Below are positions 22,442-35,789 of a stretch of 64,000 nucleotides of DNA, piece by piece. Made by a program: the position numbers and the translations under genes. The stretch is from positions 62,001 to 126,000 of the forward strand of contig RSEE01000139.1 in the NCBI GenBank assembly GCA_003971905.1. The letters are read 5' to 3'. Position 1 is the first letter of the stretch; the number at the start of each line of letters is the position of its first letter. This DNA is from Moniliella sp. 'wahieum' (taxonomy: Eukaryota). The notes beneath the pieces were generated by a model that saw nothing but the letters and a program-made list of their open reading frames with translations, was not told where the DNA came from and ran no database searches.

Positions 22442-25400
22442 TTATAAACAAACAAACCACGTACCCACCCCAGTGATGTTAGCCCCAATCACTATACCAC
22501 CTGCGTCAAGGGCCATGGTCTCGCAGCTGTTTTGGCGTTCATCTTTGTCCCCTTGATCTTGTCCTGCCTGCTCCCACTGGGCCCAATTCAAAGACAGGCA
22601 GGGCTCTGTCCAACAGTAGGGGGAGGAGGACGGCCACAACAAAAGGGCGCGGCGACCTCTTTTACGCAATAGTAGTTTTTGCCCCCCCTCTGAAGCACTG
22701 CCGCTCCACCACTACCACCTCTCAAAGCTCTCTCGGATCGGTACTCTTTCTCATCCTCGTTTTTGGATCGGGAGCGGGGTGTTCTCTTTGCCCGGCGCAC
22801 TTCATTCATCCAAAGCATTAACAACGTGGCAGATCGTGGTCGCGGGAAAAGAAAGAGAGAGCGCACAGGCGCTTCTCTTAGCAATTCGAACAAGACAGCA
22901 GTAACATGTAACAGCGCAGGGGGAGGGGGGGAATATGGATCAGTGACGGTCCTATATGCAAAACCAAGAACCCGAGAGACAACGAAAAATAGCAGGATCA
23001 TCGTCACAACTCGGAGGACATCTCTGTGGTGTAGAAGAGGGGTTTCAAATCAACAAAATGCAATGCAATGGGTAGCAAGAGAGCGGGGGAGAGAAAAAAA
23101 GGTAAAAAGGGGAGGTCAGGTATACACAAAGAGGTAGATAGTAGGGCTTGGGGTAAAAGGTGTCGTCGTCAAGCCACAAAATCGCATCTTATGCATCATA
23201 CTCCCATCGAGTAAGAACCCAAAAAGGCGCGGATCTTGAGGCTCGAGGCGGAAGGCGGTTCTCTGTACTTGATTCTTCCTGTTGCTTCGCGTATGCAGCC
23301 CTCGCCTGTCTTCCTCTTTCAGGCAGACATCTTGAAGGGCTTACCTTGTGCCCATTATATACAGCAAAACGCTAGTCTGAATCAGCAGGAGAGTCGGCAC
23401 TGCTGTCCGTGCCTGTCAGATTGCTCGTCGATCCCTTCCGAGTGCCCCGACCGCCATTGGAATTCATGATAAACTGAGGGGGATACGTCCAGAGCGGATT
23501 GGGCGCAGCGGGGGGACATACGGCAACGTGGGGTCGGGAGGTTGGAAGGGTGGAATGGATGCCATGGCAGCCGTAGCTGGTGTGGCAAATACCAGTGCCG
23601 CCCCGGGCGCGGGAACAGGGATAGGACAACTGCCATTGGTACACAAAGCCGTTTGGATCACCTCGGTGTTCCACAACGTCCCATTAGACCAGTAGCCAAA
23701 CGTTTGGTTCGCCCACCGTACGTCCTGCCCCCATGCATTGAGCGACGGAGCTGACAAGACCTTGTACGTCACGTTATTCACGTTGGTGGGGGGCGTGATG
23801 GAGGCAGTCCAGATGTAGGCAGTGGAGTTGGCAGCTCCTTGGACAAAGTTGATCAACACGTACTTGTCCGGGAGCGGGGGCGCGGTGGTCGGGTTGGGTG
23901 TCGGTGGTACCATGGTGGCAGAGGGGATCGTGCTCTGCCAATTGGACGGCAAGGGCAGGTTGTCCCAAATGCCATACGCGGCCACATTGTCGTTGAGAGC
24001 GTGCAAATCGGCCACGCGGACACCCGAGTACGTGCGCAAGGAAGCGTCTGGGTTGGACGAGGTAGACGCTAACGCTTCAGCCGTAACCAGCAGCGCGTAC
24101 CATGAGGGGAGGTAATCCAGCCCAGCCCGGGCCAGCGGTGGATGATGTTGGTTCCATGCGGGGGGGTAATGGCGTTGGTCAAATCGGGCTCACCATCACG
24201 GAAACCCTGGGTGGCTAAGAACATGCCCGAGTGGTTGTTGGCCGCCAAGGAGAGCGCTTGGTCGATCGCCCAGAGCGCCAAAATAAAGCCATCCGAAATC
24301 CCGGCCAAACCGCCACACTGGCCCGTGCTCGTCTCGAGCACAATGAGAGGTACCTGTGCTTCCGCCGTCTGCCAAATCGCAGCGAGTTGGACTAGGCTGT
24401 TGGACACGGTTCTGGAATGGCTTTGGTACAGGCTCATCCCCTCTGGTGGGGGGTCGTATTGCTGCATGTTTGTTGCGGATCTGTGCAAGAAGAGGAGAAG
24501 AAAGTCAAAAGGGGCATAGTTAGGCACATATATATCCGCAACGTGTGTTGTGCCTCATCTGTTCCCTTTTCCCCATGGGGAAGGAATTTAGTACCAAAAG
24601 GGGAAAACATACAGTGGATGTAGGTCGCTGCGGTTAGGTTGTCTCCTGCCGTTTGCAACAGACTTGTGGTGATGTTGGTCGTGGCATTCGTAAAGTTCAG
24701 GACATCTGACAAATTCCAATGGCAGCACACACCGGGCCCAGCAAACAGTCCCTTGGCTGGACGAAGGGAGGGAGGCACAGCAAAAATGGCATCATGTATC
24801 ACGTGGTCCCATTCCGACAGAAACTGTTCCACGGAATAGTTACTAGCACGAACAGCTGCTTGAGGCACTGCAGAGGAAGAGTTGGACGAGCCGGAATATG
24901 AGACAGAGGTGTGAGGGTACATATCCGGTTTGTACCCTACCTCAACAAAGTCCAGGTTGGGACCCAAAGCTTCCATGGCCTGCACAACCTGTTGCCCCAT
25001 GTTGTTCCAGTTGAGGACAGAAGCCGACCCGTAATAGTCCCCCAGATTCAGCGACAGGCTGAAATGGGTATCTACCGACTGGGCCAGGTGCCGCAAAGCC
25101 CAGTACAGACCAAAGGTGTACGCAGCCTGGGGTATGTCTTCTCCCATCGGAAGTGAAGGGGGATTGGGATTGGGATTAGGATTGGCTGGACTGGGAGAAG
25201 CGTTGGGTGGATCTACGCCTTGACGACGGGCAGGAGAGAGAGTTTCATCGACGATGCCGTCAGAACCGGAACCAGAGTCGGAGCCAGAGTCGGAGCCAGA
25301 GTCGGAGCCATCTTGATTAGAAATATTCGTAATGTTGGGCACCGTACCGTTGATCAGGTCATAGAGAATAGGAAGGGAGAGGTTGGCGTCAACGGTGGCG

Positions 25401-25725
25401 TTGAAGATAACTCATCCTGGCTCGGGCCTCCCAGATGGACCCGCGCACCTACACGAGCACGCTGTTGCACTGCGCCCAGGTAAGCCGTGAAGGCAGCCGA
25501 AATATTGACCGCGTCCGCTTTGGCTTTGTCACTGTTATCACTCGCTTGGTCGTTGACCTTCTCCTTCCCCGGGGGCGCGGGGGCGCGACCGCCAGTGAGG
25601 AAGGTGTCGGCGACGCTCATTTCGATTTTGATGCCAAGAAAGTTGGGCGCGACTGGCAAACCAGGCCAGATTCCCGTCTCGTTGTCGCCACCGAGAGGGA
25701 TGCCTACCTTTGTCGCTCCGATGGG

Positions 25726-25774
<49 letters not shown>

Positions 25775-26045
25775 GGGGGAGGGGTAAAGCCAAAACCATT
25801 GTGGATCGTCGTGTAGTTCCACCCCACGCCATAAGAAGGGATAGGAGGAAAAGGAGGAGTAATGTTGGTTGGGTCCTGAGGGACAGGAGCCCAAGGCAGC
25901 GTAGGGGGCAGGATGATCATATCACTCCCAGCATAGGCCGGCTGTGTCGTGACGGGCAGCCGACCAGGGCCTTTTTAGCGCCAACATGCGTGGTCAAGAA
26001 GAGAAGGGGAACACAGAAGCGGAACACGGGAAGGCGCAGATACAT
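22442..26045 (-). CDS. Secreted/membrane-anchored glycoside hydrolase family 79-like protein
   Basis: Signal MYLRLPVFRFCVPLLFLTTHVGA; NFLGIKIEMSVAD; VHLGGPSQD; EVGYKPDMY; LETSTGQCGGLAGISDGF..ALWAIDQALSLA; WANQTFG; hydrophobic C-terminal exons (3' end uncertain). Confidence 0.75.
25729..25773. repeat. Poly-G tract (45 nt); poly-Pro in the GH79-like protein
   Basis: Counted directly. Confidence 0.9.
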
Positions 26046-29000
26046 CGAGTGGTGCAGGTATGTCCGGATGGTGGAGAAGAGAGGAAAGTTGAGTTGAAAC
26101 AGGAGTTGGTAGAGTGCTATATGTGGCTTAGAATCGGGATTCGGACACCCACGAAGCTACTACTGTTGCGGGCTGCGCTGTTGTGGAGCATCGCAGTGCA
26201 TCAGCAGAGAGGCGAATGATTGTTTCCATTGTAGGTGCTCAGATTGGCTCGGGGGCAGTAGCATCACAGCTGCAGAGACCATATCTTCATCTGGATTCGT
26301 ATTATCATTCGCCGAGAGCTTATAAGACCCGGGGGATAAAGAAACACTGCACCTACTTGGGACGCTCTCTTCATCGATCTCATCCTCCGTGCGCCGTTTG
26401 TGCTTGCAATGACTCAATTAGGAACCAGTGGGTCGGCAGTAGGCCAGGACCCTCTGGCTGCCGCGCCATTCGCTTCCGAAACCCCGATGCACAGTGGCGC
26501 GCATGGATGATCAAATGAGCCTAGTAGTGACGGAATTGTGAGCAGCGCGAACCATCTTCAACGAGGCCACGAGGGTGCCCTCTACTTATATAATGGCGCC
26601 TTACCTCCTCTCAACCATATGTATCTCGTTGCGAGCTACAAGTACCTTCAGTATTAACAAGGAACCTCACAGCAAATCGCCACTGAGTGCGCGAGATCCG
26701 GGGCGCTCAGACGGCGGACTACCGGTGTCAGCGTGGTCACTTAGTAGATCACATACTACCACATGGTCACGGCTAGCCCACGTACCACTCGGTTATTGTC
26801 TCCGTCTCTGACCTTCTGTATCTAGCGCTTAGGACTCCTGTGAACGCACCACACCACCATCTCATCGTTCTCGCGTTTCGATCAACACCGGTGGGCGCAC
26901 CCTCGTCTGCCTATGGTTCGAGCAGGCTCGAGCGCTCGAGCCATTCATTTATTGTTGCTGGGGTTATATTGTGTTTCGGCATTGGTATGCTGCTATCCCC
27001 CCTCGGCCGACCGCGACGAGACCCGCTCACAGGACATGCACTTTTTTAGTCGCCACAGCAGCTACAGACCAGGCAAAGCTCCATTTCTCAGAACCGGTCC
27101 GGGAGCTTGAGATCTGAGGGGCCTAAGGCGCCATGCGGGGACTTTTCCGTGGGCATCGCCATCAATTTTTTCCCAGTCGATATGTAGGTAGGCGCTGGTG
27201 TTCTGACGATCTGGCGGCGTCCACCGGATGCGGTCTTAGTGCTCGCTGAGGCGGGTGGCCGATATGTCGATGACGCATAACGATGCAGATGATAACCCCG
27301 GGCACGGCGCCAGTCGCAGAGCTTCGCAGCCCCCGCCACCTTCGCCGTCGTCACATGTCACACGTCACTAGCTCATCACTCGTCAGGGTCAGGACCCAGG
27401 CCGCAGCTGGCGCAGCCCCTCTGAGCGGGCGCTCTGAGATCTGAAAGTCTGTGCGCTGCCGAGCCACCCACGTAGAGCACAGCAGACAGTCGGGTCCTCA
27501 GCCTGTATGACCTCATATACCAATGCCATGCCCCTCCTTCACACGCCTCCACCTCACCTCCACCTCCCCCCCACTTCCTCTGGATTTCGCTGCGATCACA
27601 GGCCAAGATGTCTTCTTCTTCTGCCCCGTCTGTCCATGTCGACACCTTCCTCCTCCCGAAGCCAGCGCCTATATGGCAACACGCACGCTCCCCCTTCTCC
27701 AGGGATCCCTCGAGGAGCCTGCGCCCCCGTTCCTCCTCCATCTCCTCGAAGACCTGGAAGAACGCTATCCTGGCCTTCGAAGCCCCAATGCCACATGGTT
27801 CAATTCCGAGCCCCCAGGCAAATGGCAGTTCAACATCACCAATCATACCTCTGTCCGCCTGCCACTGCTGCTGCCTGGTGGTCTGCCCAGCTGGGTCCGT
27901 CCCCCCTCCTGCCATCCTACCACCCACTTGCTCCGTCTTCTCATATTGACACGACACTAACTCCTGGTCTACCGTGGGGAGCACAGGAGAAGTACTGTAT
28001 GAGCTGTGGCGCACAAAAGACGGCAATCCCAATGAAAGGATATTATGATGGACATGGCCTGTGATCCCCAACATGTACTCCTCCCACATGCCCAAAGAGG
28101 AGGGAGAGAAGATTCTCCAAGCAGCGCAATCGCCCAGAGAAAACACTGCACACTAGTTATCTCCTCGACCTGTCCACGACCTCGACCATCTCGGGGCTGG
28201 ACCACAATGGAAGTTCAATTTAACTACAGCTCGGCGCGATGGGTGGCACCAGCAAACAGCATATTGGATGCGCATCTTACGTACGCCTATCTCTCCATCC
28301 CATCAGAATCTTAATCCAGGGGGCCAGACTGACACAGCGGCGAATTGGTTGTGGCTACAGGCTTTCATTACACGATCGAGGTGTACCGCATCCCCATATC
28401 GGATCGGAACAGGAACCTCCACCCGAGTCAGTCCCGCTTCTGTCGAAACATTAGAGCAATGGCTGGGTCGAAGCGTCCATGGCGAGCCATGGTCTGCTAT
28501 GGTCTGCCAGCCAGTTAGCCGGTCAACAGTTCTGGCCAAAACGACACTCCCGCGTCGCTTTCGACTGGAGCTGAAGGTTTGAAGTGGCAGCATGTATGAT
28601 GCACACGTGTTTTATTGCTGTTTTGTTTCTTCTGTAGTAACGCGTAACGCCTCCAACTCTCCATCGATGCATGCATCAATGTCATGACTTGTGGGCTGGC
28701 CACCACGGAACGCACTTTGCTGCTCTGTGTGAGCTCTAGTTTGGGCGTCAATATAGTTCCCGGGGCGCGCTCGCCCGCTGGACGTGGTAAAACGGCTATG
28801 CGAGGGTGAGACCAAAGTCCTGTCAGAGAGAATGGAAAGATCGTTTCTGGGAGGAAACAACACGAGGTATCGGGTAGGGAACAGGGGCAAAAACCGGCTG
28901 CAGAACTGGAAATTGGCGCGAGATCGGTAACAATGCAGTATTTTTGGTCCTGGTGTTGCAAACTAGCACGACGTACAATGGGTGCGTCCCCTAATGATGC

Positions 29001-29703
29001 AGTCCTTTAATTACTGTTGGCAAAAACCATGCACCCCTTCCAGTCAGAACGCGGTTACAGGGGAGGATTGCGGCTCTCACGCTGGAGAAGAACTCGATGA
29101 AGGTGCGGCAATGCAATACACCACCTACTCATTAGGGAAACGAAGTAACCCGTGAAGGTGGAAGCTCAAACTATGAAGATGTGACCCTGAGGACTAGTGA
29201 TGGTGACCGGTGACGCCGGTAACGGTGATTCACTGTAGTCCCATCAGTCATTGACTAATCATTCATCATTCCTCCTATACTTCATTGAGCTCTCCGTGGG
29301 GAATGCACGTGGGAGGGATGCATGGGAGTGGGAGCGAGGGTGGCTCAGGCGCTCAGGGCGCTCAGGAGAGCAGGCGCGACTGGCAGCGCCGTGGTGGTGG
29401 CCGACTAGGGACGCGGACGGAGCAAGCAGATGGCCACGGAAACCCACAGCCCCTGGGAGATCAAGACACTGCCCCCGTGTCGGCTCTTCGGGACGTGCGA
29501 TCATATGGACCCTGGCTACCGTTTTCCGTCGGGCGCGCGAGTGGTTAGGTGAGCGCGCGAAAAGCTTCCCCCCACAACAGCCACAAGACACGCCCAAATA
29601 TAAAGAGGTCTCTGGCGTCGCTACTCCTGCCACGTCCTTTTCCACCACCCCTATACACGACACCCCATCCTCAATTTTCTCGTCTCCTCCCAACTCCACT
29701 ATT

Positions 29704-30020
29704 ATGGTACATCACCTCTCCCATCTTACATGCCTTTTGTTCCTCTCAGCAGGCTACCGACTGACCTCCCTCTCCTCTTTCCCGATATGGGGATGATCTG
29801 CATGCAGGGCCTGTGCCAATCCAAGACCAAGAAGACCGACCCCTCCGGGCTGGCACGCACCGCCTCCTCCTACGAAGGTACCCACACTTCCAACCCACTC
29901 CGCCACCCTGAGTCGGACGGGGCGCCCAAACCCAACCCCGCATCCGCCAGTGAGATGTACAAGGCCGACACGACCCAACAACGCATCAAGGCAGCCGAGA
30001 ATAGTCATCGCAGCGCCTGA
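29704..30020 (+). CDS. 71-aa microprotein with MGLCQSK acylation motif
   Basis: TATAAA ~29598; ATG 29704-6, intron GTACAT..CTGAC..TGCAG 29707-29807, then GLCQSKTKK..HRSA*. Confidence 0.65.
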
Positions 30021-32280
30021 AGGGCCAAGCATGTGATGCATGGTCGGTCCGACAAGAACCCAAATCCTGCTCATTTGGTTTGTGGGCTCGTTTCCCTGTT
30101 TTCCCGCATTTCACCACTTTTCGGCCCGTTGGGGGTTCGGGTAGACCAGTTGAGTCACCCCCAATCGGGATTTCTACGTCACACTATATCGCTCTCTTTT
30201 TGTTTCCCCCTCCTCGCCTTCGCACCTCCTGCACGCACGTTAATTTGTGCGTAGATGAAATGTGTATCGCCGTTTCTGTGGGAAGAGTCCCCTTCTATTC
30301 TTTGAAAACTGAACTCCACAATTGTTCAAGCAGATGATCCAGGCGGCCTGAGGGTCGGGAAGCATCACATGTCACAGTTGCTGGGTTGTGTTATCCATGC
30401 AGTGTGCATGAAACCTGCCTTGGGGAGACGGTGGGATGGTTGGCCTAGGAAAAGACGTTTAGTGTTGTGAAGATGAATTGGATGCGGATACGCCAAGCTT
30501 AGTGCGCTCTTGGGAGATTAACTGCCGGGCCACTGGAGGCACCCCGGTCATCCGTCACCACGCCCACCGAACAAAGCGATTGTCTCTTCTGCCATTTTTC
30601 AAGGGTTGCTGCTCAGAGGGACCCCACCGCCACACTATACTACCCCCCGCCCGTGAGCCTTGGTGTGCATGTTATACGCACAACCTTAAGAATTGTGCCA
30701 TACAAAAGCTCACATTATTCTGCCTTGTTTCTATCTCCGTTCGGGACCACCCCCAGAATCAATCACGAGCTACCATGAACCCGGAATCCATGTCTACATC
30801 GTCCTCCAATAATGGACTTTTGATACTTCCAAACTAGGCCTTCCGTCATTATAATCACTTGTGGTGTTTGAGGGACAAATTCATGACAGTCTCGATCTGG
30901 GAAACCGGCAGTCGCAACTATAATATTTCAAGGATGGGGCCAGTCGCAGTGCGATCCTCGATTCTCGCTCTGCATCCAATATCCACACCATCTCCCCGCC
31001 ACCGCTGCGCAGCACACCGGCTGCTTTCCAAAAAGAATGTTCAGCATGTGTGGCATCTTGCCCCAGGGCTTCCCAGCCGTCCTCGTTTCTTCCCGTTCGT
31101 CGAGCGCCAAGCCCCAAACCTCAGGGTCTCTCACACTGTATACACGCATGCGGCTAGTAATAGCGCTGCGTAGTACTTATATGAAACTCTCTGTCAAAAC
31201 TCCCATACATATTAACGATGTCGATCACCTCTTTTGCATATAGCAACGTCAATCGTACAGGATGTCGGTAGCACCGTACGGTGGAGCAACTCAGCTGTAG
31301 TCCCTCCTCCACGCACACAGTGCGGTGGTGGCTGATCGCAAGCTTCGCAAGAAGTGTCGTCCAACAGTAAGATATTCTCAGAAAGGGAAACACCATCAGT
31401 AGGCCACATACTAATGTGTCAGAGTATAGCGGCTATTAGTGACGGTCCAACAGCAAGGGGATTGATTGATCGGGGTCGCATCGATTTCATCTCTCCTTTT
31501 GTGTCACCACTGAGAGGGAACAAGGAAAAAAGCGAAGGGCAGCACAACGAGTTGCTCCCCTCACACTCGAATCATCTTTTGCCCGACAGAGCTAAAGTCT
31601 TTCATGCAAACACACAGTTCCTGTCATGTACCGGAAGGTGATTCGCAGCATCATATTGTGGCGCTGGAAGTGTGGGTGAGCGATATTGTGTGGCGTTGTT
31701 CTAAGTTGATGAGACAACTCCTCTTACCCCTTGCCAGGTGAATCAGGTAAAGGATGTCAGCTCTTCACTTGGAACAAAGAGAGCACACGAGACGGCTGTA
31801 CAGTGCTGCAGATGATGTAGGTGACAGTGAGTGGCTCCAACGTGGACTACGCATCGCAGTATAGATTGAACGCCACGAAGGAGAGCGACTTAGATGCGCA
31901 GCAGAGCAATTGGTACCTATGACGCCCCTTCCCTCCCAGAATCTGTCGATCGATGCTGCAAGGTGCCAGTGGGTTTGATGCAGAGCACTCGAGGTGTGAC
32001 AGAGTAGATCGTCCATGTGGAGATCGACACCAAAGTATGTGCTATACTGTGAGCGGATCCTTTCGCCAATGAAGCGCACACAAGGCTTGCGTTCTGTTTG
32101 ACCAACCCGTCCAACATGCTGATCATCTCTTCGAAGGGCCAACTGCGTGTTTTGTGTTCGGCTCCAGGACGAATATTTATACCAGGTCAATCTGTGGCCT
32201 CTCACCAAATTTCTACCCCACCCCCCCCGCACCACTCTCTTCCTCACCTCATTCCACCTCACCAAATCTCTGTTCTCACC

Positions 32281-33185
32281 ATGCGCACTACCGCCTTCTT
32301 CACTGCTCTTGTGGCCCTTGCCATCATCTGTCCGTACGCATTTGTCCACACACATCATACCAAACATGGACTCTTCCCGAACTCTCACTGACACACTGTA
32401 TCCTCAGAGGCCATGCCGCCCACCGTTCCCGAAACGAGCCTTGCGCCTCCCCTGAACCATTCCTCTCCTCCTCCGCATCACCCCCAGCACCGCGCTCTGG
32501 ACGGGGACAACCAACCGAACAAGGTACCGGTTCATTTCCCCCACACAAGCCGGGGCCTAAGCGAGGCCAGGCCCACCCTCCTCCGCCTCCTGCCAAGTCT
32601 GGTGGCCCGCGCCCGGAGAAAGGCCACGGCCAGGGGCCTGTGTCCAAGCGCGAGAAGAATGACCGTGCACGTCCTAAATCAGGTCTGCCCAAATCAGACC
32701 TGCCCAAGTCGGGTCTCCCGCCTAAGTCGAGCCCTCCTCCGGCTCCCAAGCACTCTGACGGCCACGAACCTGAAGTGAAGCGCCATGAGTCCCATCCGAC
32801 TCTGCCTCCTCCTCCGCCTCCCAAGGCCAGCCAGCCCCCCGAGCATGGGCATGGCGAACCGCCCGCGTCCAAGCGCGAAGAGGACCACCGTGCTCCTCCC
32901 AGGTCGGGTCTCCCGCCCATCCATTCCGCCCCCGGAACATGGGCATGGCGAACTGCCTGTGTCCAAGCGCGAAGAGGACCACCGTGCTCCTCCCAAGTCG
33001 GGTCTCCCGCCCAAGTCTATCCCGCCCCCCCAGGATGGACATGGCGAGCAGCCTGTTTCCAAGCGCGAAGAGGACCAGCATGCTCCGCCGCCCAATCCAG
33101 TCTTCCACCTCAGGCGAGCGCTCCCTTCGACGATAAACCGGCGCCCAAGCAGCCTAAGAAGAATTCGTCGCACGCTGCAGCTTAG
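32281..33185 (+). CDS. Secreted Kex2-processed repeat protein (KEP-like)
   Basis: Signal MRTTAFFTALVALA; intron 32334-32407; KR-delimited units KREEDHRAPPKSGLPPKSIPPP.(D/H)GHGE.PVS. Confidence 0.78.
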
Positions 33186-34553
33186 TCAAGCACAAGCGAA
33201 ACACGGCCTAAAAACAGGTTGGATCAATGGATCTAACCCAACCCGACATTGAGGGAGTTTCTTCTACAAGGCAACTCTCATTTCTCTGCCCGCGCAGAGG
33301 GGCGGGCAACTAAATGGACCCTCTCTACTTTTTTTTCTGTTGCATTTTTCCGTGGGGAGCAGGCTCCCCCCTTCTCCCCTTTTCTTTTGAGTTCTCTTCA
33401 ATCAGATGATACTAGAGGACCACCGGGCTTACGGCCCGGTCTGCGTACTCCTGGTGCTTTACCGTGCGTCTGTATTTTGAAAGCCTGGGGCTTCGCCCCA
33501 GCCTTCCTCCGTGTTGGTTGCGAACACCCCCGGTCATATTGGATGGGCTGCACGTGCTATTAGGTCAGAACTTGGCATCGAGCTCTCTGTTTTATTAAAG
33601 GGGGATGAACGATGATAAAATGATAGAATGTGAGGAGTGCGATCAGGCTTATAAGCAAGGCCTGGATCCTATCTGCATACAGCCCACCTCTGTCCACCGT
33701 GTGGTGCGAGAATGTCCAACTTCGGATTGAGTATGCCTATTCTGTTGTTTCTTCCCGTGCTTCCTTGGGTATCTGTGGTGCGGAAGCAGAAGGGTTAGGC
33801 ATGCAACCTCCCATTGATTGACCGAGTATAGATGACGGTCGTCCAGGGACAGGCGCCCTGCCAGCGCGAGCGCGGATGTTCCGGCGCTCAGCCACTCAGG
33901 CTGAGCCTCCGCCGACTGGGGCATAGAGCGGGCCAGGGACGGCAGTGTGGCCCTGTGCGGCGCGGATCTGATGGCCCCAAGAGGCAATCGCTTGGCACGC
34001 CAGGGTGCAGCTCGCACAGACAGCCGCCCCCCGCACGGCAGTGCTCAGCGCGGCAGACAGGGGCATGGTGCTCGCATTCGCCCCCAGCACGGCGCGGGTG
34101 CTCTCCAATGCAGCACTGGGGCAGCGCGCCGCCGCCACGCGAGGCTGCGCTATGCTGTGCCTGCCGAGGCGGCTGGTGCCTACCAGTGCTTGCTGGCGAC
34201 GGGAGAGTGGGCTGGTGCGGGGACGCGGCGAGCGGCGAGGCTGCGCCAAGCCGCGCGTGGTGCTGCTCTTGGCTGGTGGCGGTGGCGCGGCAGGTGCCAG
34301 CAGGCGCCAGCGCAGCGCAGTGCCCACACTGCTCTGAGATCTGATCCATGTATAGCTTGTCGCATAGCAGGCTGGGCAGCACGCAGCCGGCAGCCAGTAG
34401 CATCCCACCCCAGTCAATACGCGCGCTTCCATCTCCCACATCCACCTCTCCCCTTCTGTCCCAACCCCAACCCCACCCCATCCCCCCCCACCCTCCACCC
34501 CCCCACCTTCCTTCGCATCCGCCCCACACTCCTTAGCCCCCCCCCCTTCCGCC

Positions 34554-35789
34554 ATGGCGCTGCGCCTCTCCCTCCTCAGCGTCCTCGCGCTCTTTGCCGC
34601 CCTCCTGGCCCTTGTGGCCGCACCCGCTTCCGCCTTTAGGCTAGGTTTGCCCTGGGGCGCCAACAATGCCTGGGCCCACGAGCTGACATCCAACAGCCAC
34701 ATTGGGCTCTACCACACCTGGCAAGGCCGCCACATCTCCAGCATCTCCAAAGCCGGTGTGCAGTGGATCCCAACCCGCTGGGGCAACAAGAAGGGCAAGA
34801 ACTGGAAATCCATCAAGAAGCTCTTCCCCAAGTACCGCTACCCTTACGTCCTTGCCTACAACGAGCCCGACATCGCCACCCAGTCCGACTACACTCCCAA
34901 GCAGGCCGCGGTTGCTTTCCAAAAGGAACTGGCGCCCCTGCGTCAATACGGGACCAAGATCTCCTCCCCTCAGATTTGCTATGATGTTGACTGGCTCGGG
35001 AAGTTCACCAAGCAGCTCAAGAAGCGTGGCGGGCACTACGACTTTATTGCTGCCCCACTGTATGTTGTCCCTCTCGCTTTTGTTCTCCCCTTCGTCTTAT
35101 ACATGCGCTTCTACCTTGTGGACACTGACGTTCTTCCTGTTAGACTATGGTTCGTGGAAGTCGATTTCCAAGCTGCGCAAATACGTCAAGAGATCCACAA
35201 CAAGTACCCGTCCAAAGACATCTCATCACCGAGTACGGCGTCACATCGTCCTCCAACCCCTCGGCCGCCCAAGCCAAGCAGTTCATGGTGGACGCGACCA
35301 ATTTCTTTGCCTCCACGGGCTACGTCAAGGCCGCCTTCCCCTTTGGCATGTTCTCTACGCCCCCGACAAATTTGGTTCGCGCCAAAACGCAGCGTTCCAA
35401 TCGGGTGGCAGCTTGCGCAGCTTGGGTAAGTACTGGAAACATTACAGCAACTCTCGTCGCTCGATCGAATCGGGTGCGCTGTCCGGGAGCATGCTGCGTC
35501 GCCATGAGCGGATGCTCAAGCGTCTGGAGCAGCCCGACCCCAATGACGAGGAATTGTGGGACAACCATACCAACCAGACCGATTGCGATGAGATTTGCCA
35601 GAAGCGCGATGAGTGGCTGGCTAAGCTCAGTGACGACCAGGAGAGGACGACGTTGAGGACGACGCGGAGGACGATGACGATGACGATGATGATGACAATG
35701 TCGGTATTGACATTGACAGTTTCACTGAAGAGGACGCCAACGCCTGGCCTACCGAGGAGGATGAGGCTGAGGACGAGGACGACGAGTGA
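34554..35789 (+). CDS. Secreted GH128/Asl1-like beta-1,3-glucanase with acidic C-terminal tail
   Basis: Signal peptide; LGLPW, LYHTW, WIPTRWG, VLAYNEPD, ISSPQI, ITEYGV; intron ~35060-35143; D/E-rich tail. Confidence 0.8.

Noticed and set aside
25729..25773. Poly-G as a functional G-quadruplex
   Set aside because: Explained as poly-Pro coding; homopolymer length is unreliable in this assembly.
32871..33090. Regularly spaced repeats as a CRISPR array
   Set aside because: Whole units are similar, coding and without unique spacers; eukaryotic context.
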